Shown here piece by piece: positions 49,221-59,023 of a DNA stretch of 64,000 nucleotides. The DNA is taken from positions 9,905 through 73,904 of the forward strand of contig JALTLO010000017.1 of NCBI GenBank assembly GCA_027001995.1, written 5' to 3'. The number at the start of each line of letters is the position of its first letter. Position 1 is the stretch's first letter. The DNA comes from Planctomycetota bacterium (GTDB lineage: Bacteria; Planctomycetota; GCA-002687715; DRQF01). The notes beneath the pieces were generated by a model. It had not been told where the DNA came from. It made no database searches and was given only the letters and a program-made list of their open reading frames with translations. The position numbers and the translations under genes were made by a program.

Positions 49221-51173
49221 ATGAAATTTAACCAGTCCTTTTTGAGCCTTTTGCTACTCGTTGCATTCATCGCTGTGAGTACAACCCAAGCCGAGGCCCA
49301 ATCCCCATTGACCACAACCTTTGCCGACAATAACGGTTCCACAGGTAACATGTTCGATGTCAAATCGCTCACCGGTGTGATTATCAATGACTTCGACATC
49401 AACACGGCTGTCACCACAGGTGACTTCGAAGTTTGGGCCCTCATCACACCCAATGTTTCCTATGTGAACAACCGCATGAGCAACGCCAACTGGACCCTTC
49501 TTGGGACAGCAACTGGTGTTGTAGGTGCAGGCGCTGGCAACCCAACACCTTTGGGGCTCAACCTGAACTTCCCTATTTTCCCTGGGGACACCCAAGCATT
49601 CTATATAACCGGCATCAACGGTGCTAGTGTCAGATACACCACCGGCACCGGTGCCCCTGGCACTCTCTATGCATCCAATACAGACCTGGAATACTATCAG
49701 GGTTACGGCGGAGGTTATTTCAATCTGACGTTTAATCCCCGCATCTGGAATGGCAACATTCATTACACCAACCAAATGCTCTTCTCCGATGACTTGGCGA
49801 CAACGAAGATCCTTTCGCCTGTGAATGACCCTCTTAGTTGCGCCGCGGGATCGTCGACAGAAGTGGTCTCATTTGAGTTTCGTAATTTCGGCACAGTGAC
49901 TGTTCCTTCAGGCACCGTGATCACCGTGTCCTTCACTGTCGATGGCGGCCCTCCCACCTTCGAGTTTTTCCCTTTAGCTGCCCCCCTTGCATTAGGGGAT
50001 ACAGCCTCATATACATTCACGGCCACCGCCGACCTCTCAACAATCGGCGCCCATACAGTGACCTGTACGGCCAGTGGTTTGATTGACTTCGACACTTCGA
50101 ACGACAGTTTGACCGAAACCATCTACAGTGGTGGTGAAACCCGCATTGTCCTTTTTCCCTATACTGAAGACTTCACGGTCACAGGAGTCAACGGTTCAAC
50201 CGTAGCTCCCGCGGGTTATGTCCAAGAGACAACCGAGGCTAGCGGATTTAACTCGGACTGGTTATTTAGAAACGACGCGACCCCTACATTCAACACAGGT
50301 CCCTCCGCGGACAACACCACAGGGGTCGCCGGTTCTGGTGGCTACGCCTACGTCGATGATGACAGCAATCATGCGGCCATCAATCTTCGATCTCCGTGTT
50401 TCGATCTACTGGGAGCCTTCAACCCAAGTTTGCGATTCTTCATTTATTCCAACAGTGCCACCGGCCCGACACAGCAAAATTTGTTCTCGATTGATGTCAT
50501 TAGCCAACCCAGTGGCCTCATCACGACAGATGTTTTTGGTCCTCAGGGCCACATTGGCCCGAACTGGACCTTCCAAGCTTTGAGCCTCAACGCCTTCGCA
50601 GGGCAAACGATCCAGTTGGTGTTGAGAGGGGAAACGACCAATAGCGGAAGTAACAACCATGACATCGCCATCGATGATCTTTCTGTGCTTGAGGTCCTAT
50701 CAACCCCCGGGCAAGCTCCCCAACCCGGTTTAGCCGTCTTGGATATCAACGACCCAAGGAATATCAATACAGACCCTCTGACCTTTGGTTTTGGTGGTCC
50801 CTACTTCACCAACGTCACAGAAGGCGACATCTTGCAATTCAAGATGGAAGGTGAAGCACTTCAGCCAATCATCCTGTTCTCAGGGCCCCTCAATCCCAAT
50901 GTTGCCTCCTTCCCTAATGTGGGCAGTATTGACATGGGTGGTCCCATTGACCCCGTGAGCGGCTTGCCAACTGCCTTGACTGTCCTAGCGGATGGCACAG
51001 TAATAGGAGGTCTCAACTCCTTCTTTATTACGGCAGCAGACGGAATTGCCAACATTGGTTTCAGTGTTCCTAATTTGCCAATCGGGGTTCTCGGATCATT
51101 CCAATGTGCCTTCTTCACGACTGGAGGAGCTGGGGTTGCCCTCTCCAACGCCGTGCAAGTAACGGTTATGTAG
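49221..51173 (+). CDS. Secreted CARDB/Ig-like + MAM-like protein, paralog of the upstream gene
   Basis: Signal peptide ending AEA; GNMFDV N-terminal domain; TPTFNTGP...DIAIDDL; same C-terminal domain. Confidence 0.8.
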   Translation: MKFNQSFLSLLLLVAFIAVSTTQAEAQSPLTTTFADNNGSTGNMFDVKSLTGVIINDFDINTAVTTGDFEVWALITPNVSYVNNRMSNANWTLLGTATGVVGAGAGNPTPLGLNLNFPIFPGDTQAFYITGINGASVRYTTGTGAPGTLYASNTDLEYYQGYGGGYFNLTFNPRIWNGNIHYTNQMLFSDDLATTKILSPVNDPLSCAAGSSTEVVSFEFRNFGTVTVPSGTVITVSFTVDGGPPTFEFFPLAAPLALGDTASYTFTATADLSTIGAHTVTCTASGLIDFDTSNDSLTETIYSGGETRIVLFPYTEDFTVTGVNGSTVAPAGYVQETTEASGFNSDWLFRNDATPTFNTGPSADNTTGVAGSGGYAYVDDDSNHAAINLRSPCFDLLGAFNPSLRFFIYSNSATGPTQQNLFSIDVISQPSGLITTDVFGPQGHIGPNWTFQALSLNAFAGQTIQLVLRGETTNSGSNNHDIAIDDLSVLEVLSTPGQAPQPGLAVLDINDPRNINTDPLTFGFGGPYFTNVTEGDILQFKMEGEALQPIILFSGPLNPNVASFPNVGSIDMGGPIDPVSGLPTALTVLADGTVIGGLNSFFITAADGIANIGFSVPNLPIGVLGSFQCAFFTTGGAGVALSNAVQVTVM

Positions 51174-51196
51174 ACCAAGTCGGGTTTTCTTCAATC

Positions 51197-51232
51197 AGGC
51201 CGACTCCAATGAATCATTGGGGTCGGCTTTTT
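51197..51232 (+). terminator. Rho-independent terminator
   Basis: AGGCCGACTCCAATG-aat-CATTGGGGTCGGCTT hairpin running into a T tract, 24 nt after the stop codon. Confidence 0.85.
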
Positions 51233-51413
51233 ATCTGCCTATCCAGGAGCAAACCTGCCGAAACGAAGTCCTGACATGGTAGAAGAAGGTGAGGCGTCCC
51301 ATCACCACTAAGTCCGGCCTTCGACTTGACATAGCTTCTCCTTTCGCAAGAATAAAAGCGCAATCATCTAAGAGCACAGCTACCTGATTCCCGCAAATGA
51401 AAGCCTCCAATTC

Positions 51414-52610
51414 ATGCGTCGACGAATTCCGATTAACCGAGTAGCCAAGATCCCAGATCGAATTCGCATAGAACGCTACCGGAGAGCCCCCGAATTAGGT
51501 CCCAAAATTCTCTTTTTCTCTGGTGGCTCTGCCTTGCGCGAGGTGTCCAAGAACATCAAGGAATACTCCTTCAATAGCTGTCACTTGATGACTCCCTTTG
51601 ATTCAGGTGGCTCATCTGCAAGTCTTCGTGAAGCATTCGCCATGCCAAGCATTGGTGACATTCGCAATCGACTATGCACTCTTGCAGACGACAATTTGTC
51701 GGGCAACGACGAGATTCGAAAGTTCTTCGGATTTCGATTTCCAGAAGATGGGGACTCCATGGTTTTGCAAGAGCAATTGGCTCAACTTGACTTGGGACGA
51801 GACCCCTTGATGGAATCAATCCCCCAACCGATCCGCAACTTGGTTGGAAGTCATCTGCGTTCGTTCTGCCAAGAAATGCCGAGAAATTTCGACCTAAGCG
51901 GCGCGAGCTTGGGGAACTTGACGCTGGCAGGAGCCTATCTTCAAAGCAATCGCGACATCGATGCTGTCACCTACCTTTACTCTCGCTTGCTTGAAGTAAG
52001 AGGATCCGTTCGAGCAACAGTCAATGCTCATTTAGACCTATGCGTTCGGCTCGAGGATGGCACGTCCTTGGTACGACAACATCTCTTCACTGGAAAAGAA
52101 AGCGCGTCCATCAAGTCCCCCATCGAACGCATATTCTTAACGGATCGTGAGAACCCCCAAGCACCCGTCACATGCGTATTAGAACGGAGCATTGGCGCCG
52201 CCATAACAGAAGCTGACTTGATCTGCTTTCCCATGGGAAGCTTCTACTCCAGCCTGATAGCAAATCTGTTGCCCAGTGGGGTTGGTAAGTCCATTCGGAG
52301 GGCACGAGGTCCTCGAGTCTACATTCCGAACACCGGTCATGATCCGGAGCAATATGGGATGTCGGTTGAGGCCTGTGTCGCAACACTCATCGCTTACTTG
52401 CGTAGAGATGCCGGTGAAGACACAGCTACCACGGACTTTTTGGACTTTGTTTTGATCGACTCAGAACGAGGAAAGTACTTAAACGGAATTGACGTGGAGG
52501 CCATTGCGGCTCAAGGAGTTTCAGTGTTGGATCTGGACCTTGTCAACGAGCAAGACCCTCAAAGCTTGGATGGGGCCAAGATCAACGAGACTTTGCTTTC
52601 TCTGACTTAA
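51414..52610 (+). CDS. GAK system CofD-like protein (CofD/YvcK family)
   Basis: N-terminal IPDRIRIERYRRAPELGPKILFFSGGSAL, TPFDSGGSS, GDIRNRL, MGSFYSSLIANLLP. Confidence 0.85.
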   Translation: MRRRIPINRVAKIPDRIRIERYRRAPELGPKILFFSGGSALREVSKNIKEYSFNSCHLMTPFDSGGSSASLREAFAMPSIGDIRNRLCTLADDNLSGNDEIRKFFGFRFPEDGDSMVLQEQLAQLDLGRDPLMESIPQPIRNLVGSHLRSFCQEMPRNFDLSGASLGNLTLAGAYLQSNRDIDAVTYLYSRLLEVRGSVRATVNAHLDLCVRLEDGTSLVRQHLFTGKESASIKSPIERIFLTDRENPQAPVTCVLERSIGAAITEADLICFPMGSFYSSLIANLLPSGVGKSIRRARGPRVYIPNTGHDPEQYGMSVEACVATLIAYLRRDAGEDTATTDFLDFVLIDSERGKYLNGIDVEAIAAQGVSVLDLDLVNEQDPQSLDGAKINETLLSLT

Positions 52611-52633
52611 ACAAGCTCATCAACTGCGATGGA

Positions 52634-53437
52634 TCAGCGAGGGGTTGGAGCCCCCATGGCACCCAGGAGGATGTCAGCCACTTTGAGACAAGGACCATCC
52701 ATGGATTCTTCGATCAGCGAAGGGTCATATTCGATGTCGGCGTTCTCCAGCGCCAAACATCTCTCAAAGAGTCGCACCATCTGGTAGTGAAGAGCTTCAT
52801 AGACCAATGATTGAGGTACAATGGCCTGGTCCGAAAGAGCGACGCCCAAAGGAGCGCGCCCTTGATTGCCTTGACTCAAGAACTTCGTCAACAGGTCTTT
52901 GTCGATGCCGAATTTTCGAATCAAGATCTCACCCAAGCGAAATCCCGGAGGACTGTTAGTGCTGAATGCGCTCATCAGAGTCCCCTTGTCTAAATTGAGG
53001 ACAAATGATTCCTGGGGCCCATCAACCCGCACGCGGCCACTGCGCCTTGTATCAGCTAGAAACTGTAGGATCTCGGCTACTGAGAAAATTCGACCGTCGA
53101 AAGTGAAGGAACCTTCTGCGTCTTCCGCCTGCCCAAGTGTATCAACATCCACCGAACCGAGGACATCTTCGAATGCCTGGGCCAAGATCTTCTGGGTTTT
53201 CTCTCTTTGGGTCGTTTCCTTACCGGCCGCAGCCGATTTCTTCATGTGAGTGACAACCCGACCAAGCTCATTCACGACCGAAACAACCTGATTCAGTTGG
53301 CTCAGCTCTTCAGGCCACCGCGTGAGACGTTTCGTATGGTCATTGACTCGGACGACCAAGCTCGAACACATCCTAGCGATCTTCTCTTGTAGCTCAATGA
53401 GGTCCATTCCGGACATGGGCGCAAATCCCTTCTTCAA
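52634..53437 (-). CDS. DUF4388 domain protein
   Basis: FDGRIFSVAEILQFLADTRRSGRV followed by RLGEILIR. Confidence 0.75.
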   Translation of the reverse strand: MKKGFAPMSGMDLIELQEKIARMCSSLVVRVNDHTKRLTRWPEELSQLNQVVSVVNELGRVVTHMKKSAAAGKETTQREKTQKILAQAFEDVLGSVDVDTLGQAEDAEGSFTFDGRIFSVAEILQFLADTRRSGRVRVDGPQESFVLNLDKGTLMSAFSTNSPPGFRLGEILIRKFGIDKDLLTKFLSQGNQGRAPLGVALSDQAIVPQSLVYEALHYQMVRLFERCLALENADIEYDPSLIEESMDGPCLKVADILLGAMGAPTPR

Positions 53438-53767
53438 TTACGAGGCCAAGATACGTCACTTGGACTCCGTTTCCTTCTCATCGGCAGTTGAACCCCATTT
53501 CCCTGAGTCAAGGAGACATTATTAAAACCTGAGATAGCCCACCGTCCGGACATGGGGTAAGCAATGATGTGAGATCGGGCGTGAGCCCAGCCACACCGCC
53601 AATGAAGCCCAAATTCTCCATCCTTGCATAAAGATGCAGAAATAATCCGGCTTCCATCTGAATTGATTTCTGCAGGTAACCCCGAAGCTTACAAATGAGG
53701 GTAGCTTCCTCCTCACTTTGATGCGAGAATGGCGCTGGAAACACATGGAAGATAGAGATTTACGTCA

Positions 53768-54898
53768 ATGACCGGTACGCGCCCCAACCCTGAAGATCAC
53801 AAACCCGCGTCCCGGGCTGGGCAGGCCATCATTTTGATGAGTACCGCCGTCACATCTGCCATTGGCGTCTTGGCATTGTCAGAGCTCCAAGGGGTCATTC
53901 GGCCTTTTATCATTGCCATCTTCTTGTGCTTCTTGATCAAGCCCCTGACCGCCAAGCTGAGTCGACGAGCTGGGATCTTTGGTTACGCTTTTGCTTTTGC
54001 CTTTCTCTTCGGCCTCTTCTCGATCGCCGAAGGTGTGATCTCCAATGATTTGGCGTCCTTTAGCAAGAACAACGAGGGCCATTACCAGAAGAACATCGCT
54101 TCATTCCAGAAGAACATCGATGAGTATCTCGAGGGACATGAAGCATTGGTAGACTTCTTGTCATGGGACAAAATCGACCCCATTGCCGACCGCAACAAAA
54201 CACCCGGCGAAAAAATCATTCCCAGGGAACGCTTGGAGGAGCTTGCCAACCCGGCCATGATTTCAAGAATTCTCGGTACCGGAGCCTCTTTCTTCTTCGG
54301 TGTCTTTGGAGAGATGCTTGTTGTCTTGGTCATGATGATGCTCCTTCTCTTAGAGTCAGACAAACTGCCAGCCCGCCTCAAACAAGTCTATGGCGATGAA
54401 AAGGCAGAGGGGATCTTAGATGTATTCCGAGAAGTTGGTCTTAGTGTCACACGTTATGTCTCTCTCAAAGTATGGATTAGTTTGCTCACGGCCATATCAG
54501 GTATTGCCGTCATGTGGGCATTCGGCCTCCACTACGCTGTGACATTTGGAATCATCATTTTCGTTTTCAATTTCGTTCCTTATCTAGGCAGTGTCATCGC
54601 CACCCTTTTTCCTTGTTTCATTGCCCTTCTCCAATTTTCTCCCATCACAGCCCTGTGGCTCGGAGTATCACTCACTATTGCCCAACAAGTAATCGGAAAT
54701 TTTGTTGAACCTCGGGTGGTGGGCAAAGGGTTGGCAATCAGCCCCGTCGTTGTGGTTCTTTCTCTGGGTTTCTGGGGTTGGCTTTGGGGAATCGGTGGCA
54801 TGATTTTGGCAGTCCCCATCACCGTCACCCTCCGAATCATTCTGGAGCACTTTGAGACAACACGCCAGTTCGCCTTGATGATAGGCGGAGACGAATAA
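53768..54898 (+). CDS. AI-2E family transporter
   Basis: NFVPYLGS, GNFVEPRVVG, FWGWLWGIGGMILAVP. Confidence 0.92.
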   Translation: MTGTRPNPEDHKPASRAGQAIILMSTAVTSAIGVLALSELQGVIRPFIIAIFLCFLIKPLTAKLSRRAGIFGYAFAFAFLFGLFSIAEGVISNDLASFSKNNEGHYQKNIASFQKNIDEYLEGHEALVDFLSWDKIDPIADRNKTPGEKIIPRERLEELANPAMISRILGTGASFFFGVFGEMLVVLVMMMLLLLESDKLPARLKQVYGDEKAEGILDVFREVGLSVTRYVSLKVWISLLTAISGIAVMWAFGLHYAVTFGIIIFVFNFVPYLGSVIATLFPCFIALLQFSPITALWLGVSLTIAQQVIGNFVEPRVVGKGLAISPVVVVLSLGFWGWLWGIGGMILAVPITVTLRIILEHFETTRQFALMIGGDE

Positions 54899-54949
54899 AA
54901 TGAATTATTTGGGCCCCTACAATCCTTCCTTAAGAAGAGGGAACAGACG

Positions 54950-56992
54950 ATGAAGTGCCCCAATTGCGGCGCCAATCTGGATATTGATCAAACCCGGGCC
55001 CATTTCGCAGTCTGTGGATACTGTCAATCTTCCATTGTTGTTGACCAAGAAGCTCTCAAACTCTCAGGCAAGATGGCAGTTCTCCGCCCTCCTCTTGGGC
55101 CTTTAGCACTTGGATTCACCGGCTCAATTGCCGGACGTGGTTTCGGCGTCCGAGGACGTGTCCGTTACGCCTACGATGCTGGTTTTTGGGACGAGTGGTA
55201 CGTCGAATTTGAAGATGGAGAATCCGGGTGGATCTCACAGGACGAAGACCGATTGGCCTTAGAAGAGCTGTCCCAAGATACGGAACTCTCGGCGACCTAT
55301 TCCCAACTTGAGGTTGGAGACATCCTGACCCTCAAACAGAAGGATTTCGTCGTCCGCGAGCTTGGTGTGGCCACCACTGAAGCTGCGGAAGGTCAATTGC
55401 CTTTCCCGATCATTGCAGGAGAAAAGCACCCTTATATCGACTTGGTTGGCCCAGAAGGTTCATTTGCCACCATTGAAATTGATGGACAAGAAACACGATG
55501 CTTCCTGGGGAAACAACTGGCGCCCAAAGACCTTCGCGTCGACCAAGAGTTTTCTCCAGACCAAAAAGATTCTCTTGAAACAGAGCATAGGGGAAGTGGC
55601 GAACAAAGACAGCGTGTGGTCAAGAAGTCTGGCCGGGAGTTAGCCCTCAACTGTGAATCCTGTGGTGGCTCTCTTGAGCACCCGGAAGGAAACCTGGACT
55701 CTCTCACCTGCAACCATTGCGGAGCCATCGTTGATCTAAGCCTGGAGCGAGTTCCCTGCCCCAACTGCCCTGCATCCGTAGCGATCCACAATCCAGAAAG
55801 GGCCGTTCAGCTCACCTGCCAGAGTTGTCACGCCAATTTTGAATTAAACCCTTCAGATATCCCTCTCATTGGTCTTGCTGACCCAGACAAGAAACGCCCA
55901 TCCCCATTCATCCCAATCGGATCGGCCTGCCACCTCTTCGGCCAAGATTACCGCATCGTTGGCTACCTAAGAGTCTACGAGCGAGACGAAGGTGTCAAAT
56001 ACTTCACCGAAGAATATCTCTTGTCCTCCCATGCCGCTGGATACCGTTGGCTGAGCGAATACGCCGGGCACTTCACCTTCTTGAAAGAACTGGAAGAATT
56101 CCCCCAGGTGAATCCCAAGACCTTGCGCAGAGCCCAAAGCTTCGAATTCAAAGGAAGAAAATGGAAGGTTCTGGAAAAGGGAACTGTGACGATTGATGCT
56201 GTAGACGGTGAATTGCCCTGGGTTGCCACCGTAGGAGACAGAAATCGTTATGCAGACGCCATTCAACCTCCCTACATGTTGTCTGCAGAATGGACAGGCC
56301 ATGAAGTCTCATGGTCGCAAGGACAGTATGTTGATCGAGATGAAGTCGCCCAAGCATTCGGCATCAGCATCAAAGATCTGCCACCTGCCCGTGGCGTAGG
56401 CGCCTGCCAGGAATACATAACAACTCCATTCAAGAAGCAATCCCTTGTCGTCATGACCTTCTTTTGCTGCTTAAGCATCCTGCTTCTGGTGTGGTCCACC
56501 ACCACGGGCCAAAGACTTAAAGACGAAATCTACTTAGAGCGAGCTCAATACGATCAAGAATTCGTCACCAAGGAATTCGAAATCGCCACCGCACCCTGCC
56601 TCGTTGAGTTTGAATTCCGGTCGAACATAAACAACGAATGGGTCTATCTCGATGTCGCCCTTGTGGACGAAGAGGACCGAGCGGTCATGGATTTCTCAAC
56701 CCAGATGTCATACTACCACGGCCCCGATTGGTCGGAGGGCAGCCGAGAAGACACTGTGCCAGTTCGTATCGAGAAGCCAGGACTCTATAAGCTCCTAGTG
56801 AAGGGGGTTGCGGGCTCTGGAGAAACCGCGGACAACCAACTCACGAATCAAAATTACAACGTCACTGTTATTGTTCGAGAAGAAATCATCCTCAGCCGAT
56901 ACTTCGTGATTCTCATGGTCTTTTGCCTCATATGGATCTTCATCATACTCATTCCCAAACTCACGTTTGAAGGCAAACGTTGGAGCGAATAA
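54950..56992 (+). CDS. Zinc-ribbon, double DUF4178 membrane protein
   Basis: CPNCGA...CGYC; GRVRY...WDEWY...GWIS; further CxxC pairs; GYRWLSE, GELPW; two C-terminal TMs. Confidence 0.82.
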   Translation: MKCPNCGANLDIDQTRAHFAVCGYCQSSIVVDQEALKLSGKMAVLRPPLGPLALGFTGSIAGRGFGVRGRVRYAYDAGFWDEWYVEFEDGESGWISQDEDRLALEELSQDTELSATYSQLEVGDILTLKQKDFVVRELGVATTEAAEGQLPFPIIAGEKHPYIDLVGPEGSFATIEIDGQETRCFLGKQLAPKDLRVDQEFSPDQKDSLETEHRGSGEQRQRVVKKSGRELALNCESCGGSLEHPEGNLDSLTCNHCGAIVDLSLERVPCPNCPASVAIHNPERAVQLTCQSCHANFELNPSDIPLIGLADPDKKRPSPFIPIGSACHLFGQDYRIVGYLRVYERDEGVKYFTEEYLLSSHAAGYRWLSEYAGHFTFLKELEEFPQVNPKTLRRAQSFEFKGRKWKVLEKGTVTIDAVDGELPWVATVGDRNRYADAIQPPYMLSAEWTGHEVSWSQGQYVDRDEVAQAFGISIKDLPPARGVGACQEYITTPFKKQSLVVMTFFCCLSILLLVWSTTTGQRLKDEIYLERAQYDQEFVTKEFEIATAPCLVEFEFRSNINNEWVYLDVALVDEEDRAVMDFSTQMSYYHGPDWSEGSREDTVPVRIEKPGLYKLLVKGVAGSGETADNQLTNQNYNVTVIVREEIILSRYFVILMVFCLIWIFIILIPKLTFEGKRWSE

Positions 56993-57192
56993 TGAACAAG
57001 AAAACGTGGGCACTCGTTGCCCTCATGGTTGGCCTATCATACACAGCAGTCCGAGCATCTGCCTCCGGATTGGGAATCCCAAAACCAGTCAAGAAACCCA
57101 TCAGCATTCGGGAAGGATCTGCCAAGACAAATAGGCGTGGTCGCTATCGCACCCGTTACTTCATGGGCGGCGGACTTCTTCGAGGCAAGTAA
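56992..57192 (+). CDS. Small basic membrane or exported protein
   Basis: TAATG overlap with the DUF4178 gene; hydrophobic N-terminus; SIREGS...GGGLLRGK. Confidence 0.75.
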   Translation: MNKKTWALVALMVGLSYTAVRASASGLGIPKPVKKPISIREGSAKTNRRGRYRTRYFMGGGLLRGK

Positions 57193-57222
57193 GAAACAGA
57201 CGGAAATAGGAGAGAACATTTC

Positions 57223-57438
57223 ATGAATTGGTCACACGAATTCAACCAGATTTTACTGACAGTCATCTATGCCATTTTGGGCTTTTTGCTCTTAGGTTTC
57301 GGAATCATTGTGATGGAGAAGGTCGTCCCCTTCTCCATTCGCAAAGAAATCGAAGAAGATCAAAATACGTCATTGGGGATTATCATTGCCGGAGCGATGA
57401 TCGCCATTAGCATCATGATCGCCGCCGTCATTCGCTAA
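57223..57438 (+). CDS. DUF350 family membrane protein
   Basis: PFSIRKEIEEDQNTSLGII motif between two TMs; AGGAG RBS. Confidence 0.9.
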   Translation: MNWSHEFNQILLTVIYAILGFLLLGFGIIVMEKVVPFSIRKEIEEDQNTSLGIIIAGAMIAISIMIAAVIR

Positions 57439-59009
57439 TGAACGAATTCACAGAAGAGTCGCAACAGACGGCGATGGCCTCGGCAGTTGTCTTGACGTCA
57501 GTATTCGTCATTGCGATCTGCGGCTTAGTGTATGAGCTCATTGCTGGCACGTTGTCTTCTTACCTCTTAGGGGACTCGACGACTCAGTTCTCATTGACGA
57601 TTGGGCTATTTCTGACTTCCATGGGAGTAGGATCCTTCCTGAGTCGTTTCTTGAAGGATCATTTAGTTTTTTGGTTCGTGACCATTGAGCTCCTCATTGG
57701 CGTGGTTGGGGGATTCAGCGCCCTCGCCGGATTCGCCTCTTTCGCGTTTACAGACCTCTATGTTCCAGTTCTCATTGCCCATGTTTTTATCATTGGCGCT
57801 CTGGTTGGCTTAGAGATACCCCTTGTCATCCGACTGTTAGAAGAAGTGCGGTCATTGCGGGTCACGGTGGCCAATGTCTTCTCCGTCGACTATGCCGGAG
57901 CTCTGGTCGCTTCCATTGTCTTCCCATTCTTCCTCTTACCTCAGTTGGGCTTAGTACGATCTTCCCTGGTCGTCGGCATTACCAACGTCTTGGTAGCGGC
58001 CATCCTCCTACACAACCTCAAAAGGCAAATGAGAGGTCGGCAAAAAGGTCTGACGATTGCCGTCATCATTTCACTTGTCACACTCATCACTGCAACCGCC
58101 GTGGCCGGAAGCATGGTGAAAGAATTCGAGAACCGTGTCTATCAAGATGAGGTGATCTTCTCCTCAGCCAGTCGCTATCAACAAGTCGTCTTAACTCGTT
58201 GGAGAAATGACACACGCCTCTATCTGAACGGACATCTCCAATTCTCGAGCGTCGATGAATATCGTTATCACGAAGCTTTGGCCATCCCCGCCCTCTCATC
58301 CGCAGAAAAGCGTGATGAAGTTCTCATCCTCGGTGGTGGTGACGGTCTACTCGCTCGACAAGTGCTGAAATTTGGGGATGTAAGAAGAATCACCTTGGTG
58401 GACTTGGACCCCATGGTCACCGACCTGTTCTCCAACCGCGTGGTGCTCAGGGAACTCAACGACAACTCTCTTCGTTCTGAGAAAATGCGAATCCAAAACA
58501 CCGATGCCATGGCCTTCTTAAGTGAAACCAACGAGGTTTTCGACGTTATCTTGATCGATTTGCCTGATCCATCGGAGAGCGCCCTCTCGAAACTCTACTC
58601 CGAAGCTTTCTATCGCCTTTGTTTGAGTCATCTTGCAGAAAATGGGACTCTTGCTACCCAAGCCACCAGCCCCTTCAGGTCCCGAGAAGCCTTCTGGTGT
58701 ATCAACAAGACTCTCCAGTCTGTTCGGACCACAACAGGAGGAGGGATGAGCGAACGATTCTACTCAAGGCCTTACCATGCTTATATTCCAACGTTCGGAA
58801 CTTGGGGTTTCGTCATGGCCTCCCGGCGCCCCATCGATGTCGATAGCATCAAGATATCGGTGAAAACCAACTTCCTCACCACTGAAACCTTGAGCAGCCT
58901 ATTCAACTTCCCGAAGGACATGGAACCCGTGCCAACGAAGATCAATCGCCTCAATGACCCCGTCTTATCTCAGCTCTACCGCAGCGGTTACCACAAGTAT
59001 TTGGACTAA
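57438..59009 (+). CDS. speE: Membrane-fused polyamine aminopropyltransferase (spermidine synthase)
   Basis: Seven-TM N-terminus (CGLVYEL); LQFSSVDEYRYHE, LGGGDG, DLPDP. Confidence 0.93.
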   Translation: MNEFTEESQQTAMASAVVLTSVFVIAICGLVYELIAGTLSSYLLGDSTTQFSLTIGLFLTSMGVGSFLSRFLKDHLVFWFVTIELLIGVVGGFSALAGFASFAFTDLYVPVLIAHVFIIGALVGLEIPLVIRLLEEVRSLRVTVANVFSVDYAGALVASIVFPFFLLPQLGLVRSSLVVGITNVLVAAILLHNLKRQMRGRQKGLTIAVIISLVTLITATAVAGSMVKEFENRVYQDEVIFSSASRYQQVVLTRWRNDTRLYLNGHLQFSSVDEYRYHEALAIPALSSAEKRDEVLILGGGDGLLARQVLKFGDVRRITLVDLDPMVTDLFSNRVVLRELNDNSLRSEKMRIQNTDAMAFLSETNEVFDVILIDLPDPSESALSKLYSEAFYRLCLSHLAENGTLATQATSPFRSREAFWCINKTLQSVRTTTGGGMSERFYSRPYHAYIPTFGTWGFVMASRRPIDVDSIKISVKTNFLTTETLSSLFNFPKDMEPVPTKINRLNDPVLSQLYRSGYHKYLD

Positions 59010-59023
59010 ACGCAAACCATACA

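Noticed and set aside
51245..51325. GCAAACC...GAAA resembling a c-di-GMP-I riboswitch
   Set aside because: The stem does not close after GAAA and the downstream GCAAAGC element is missing.
53438..53767. 330-bp intergenic region with short ORFs, possible sRNA
   Set aside because: No recognisable RNA motif, terminator or RBS-supported ORF; consistent with a divergent promoter region.
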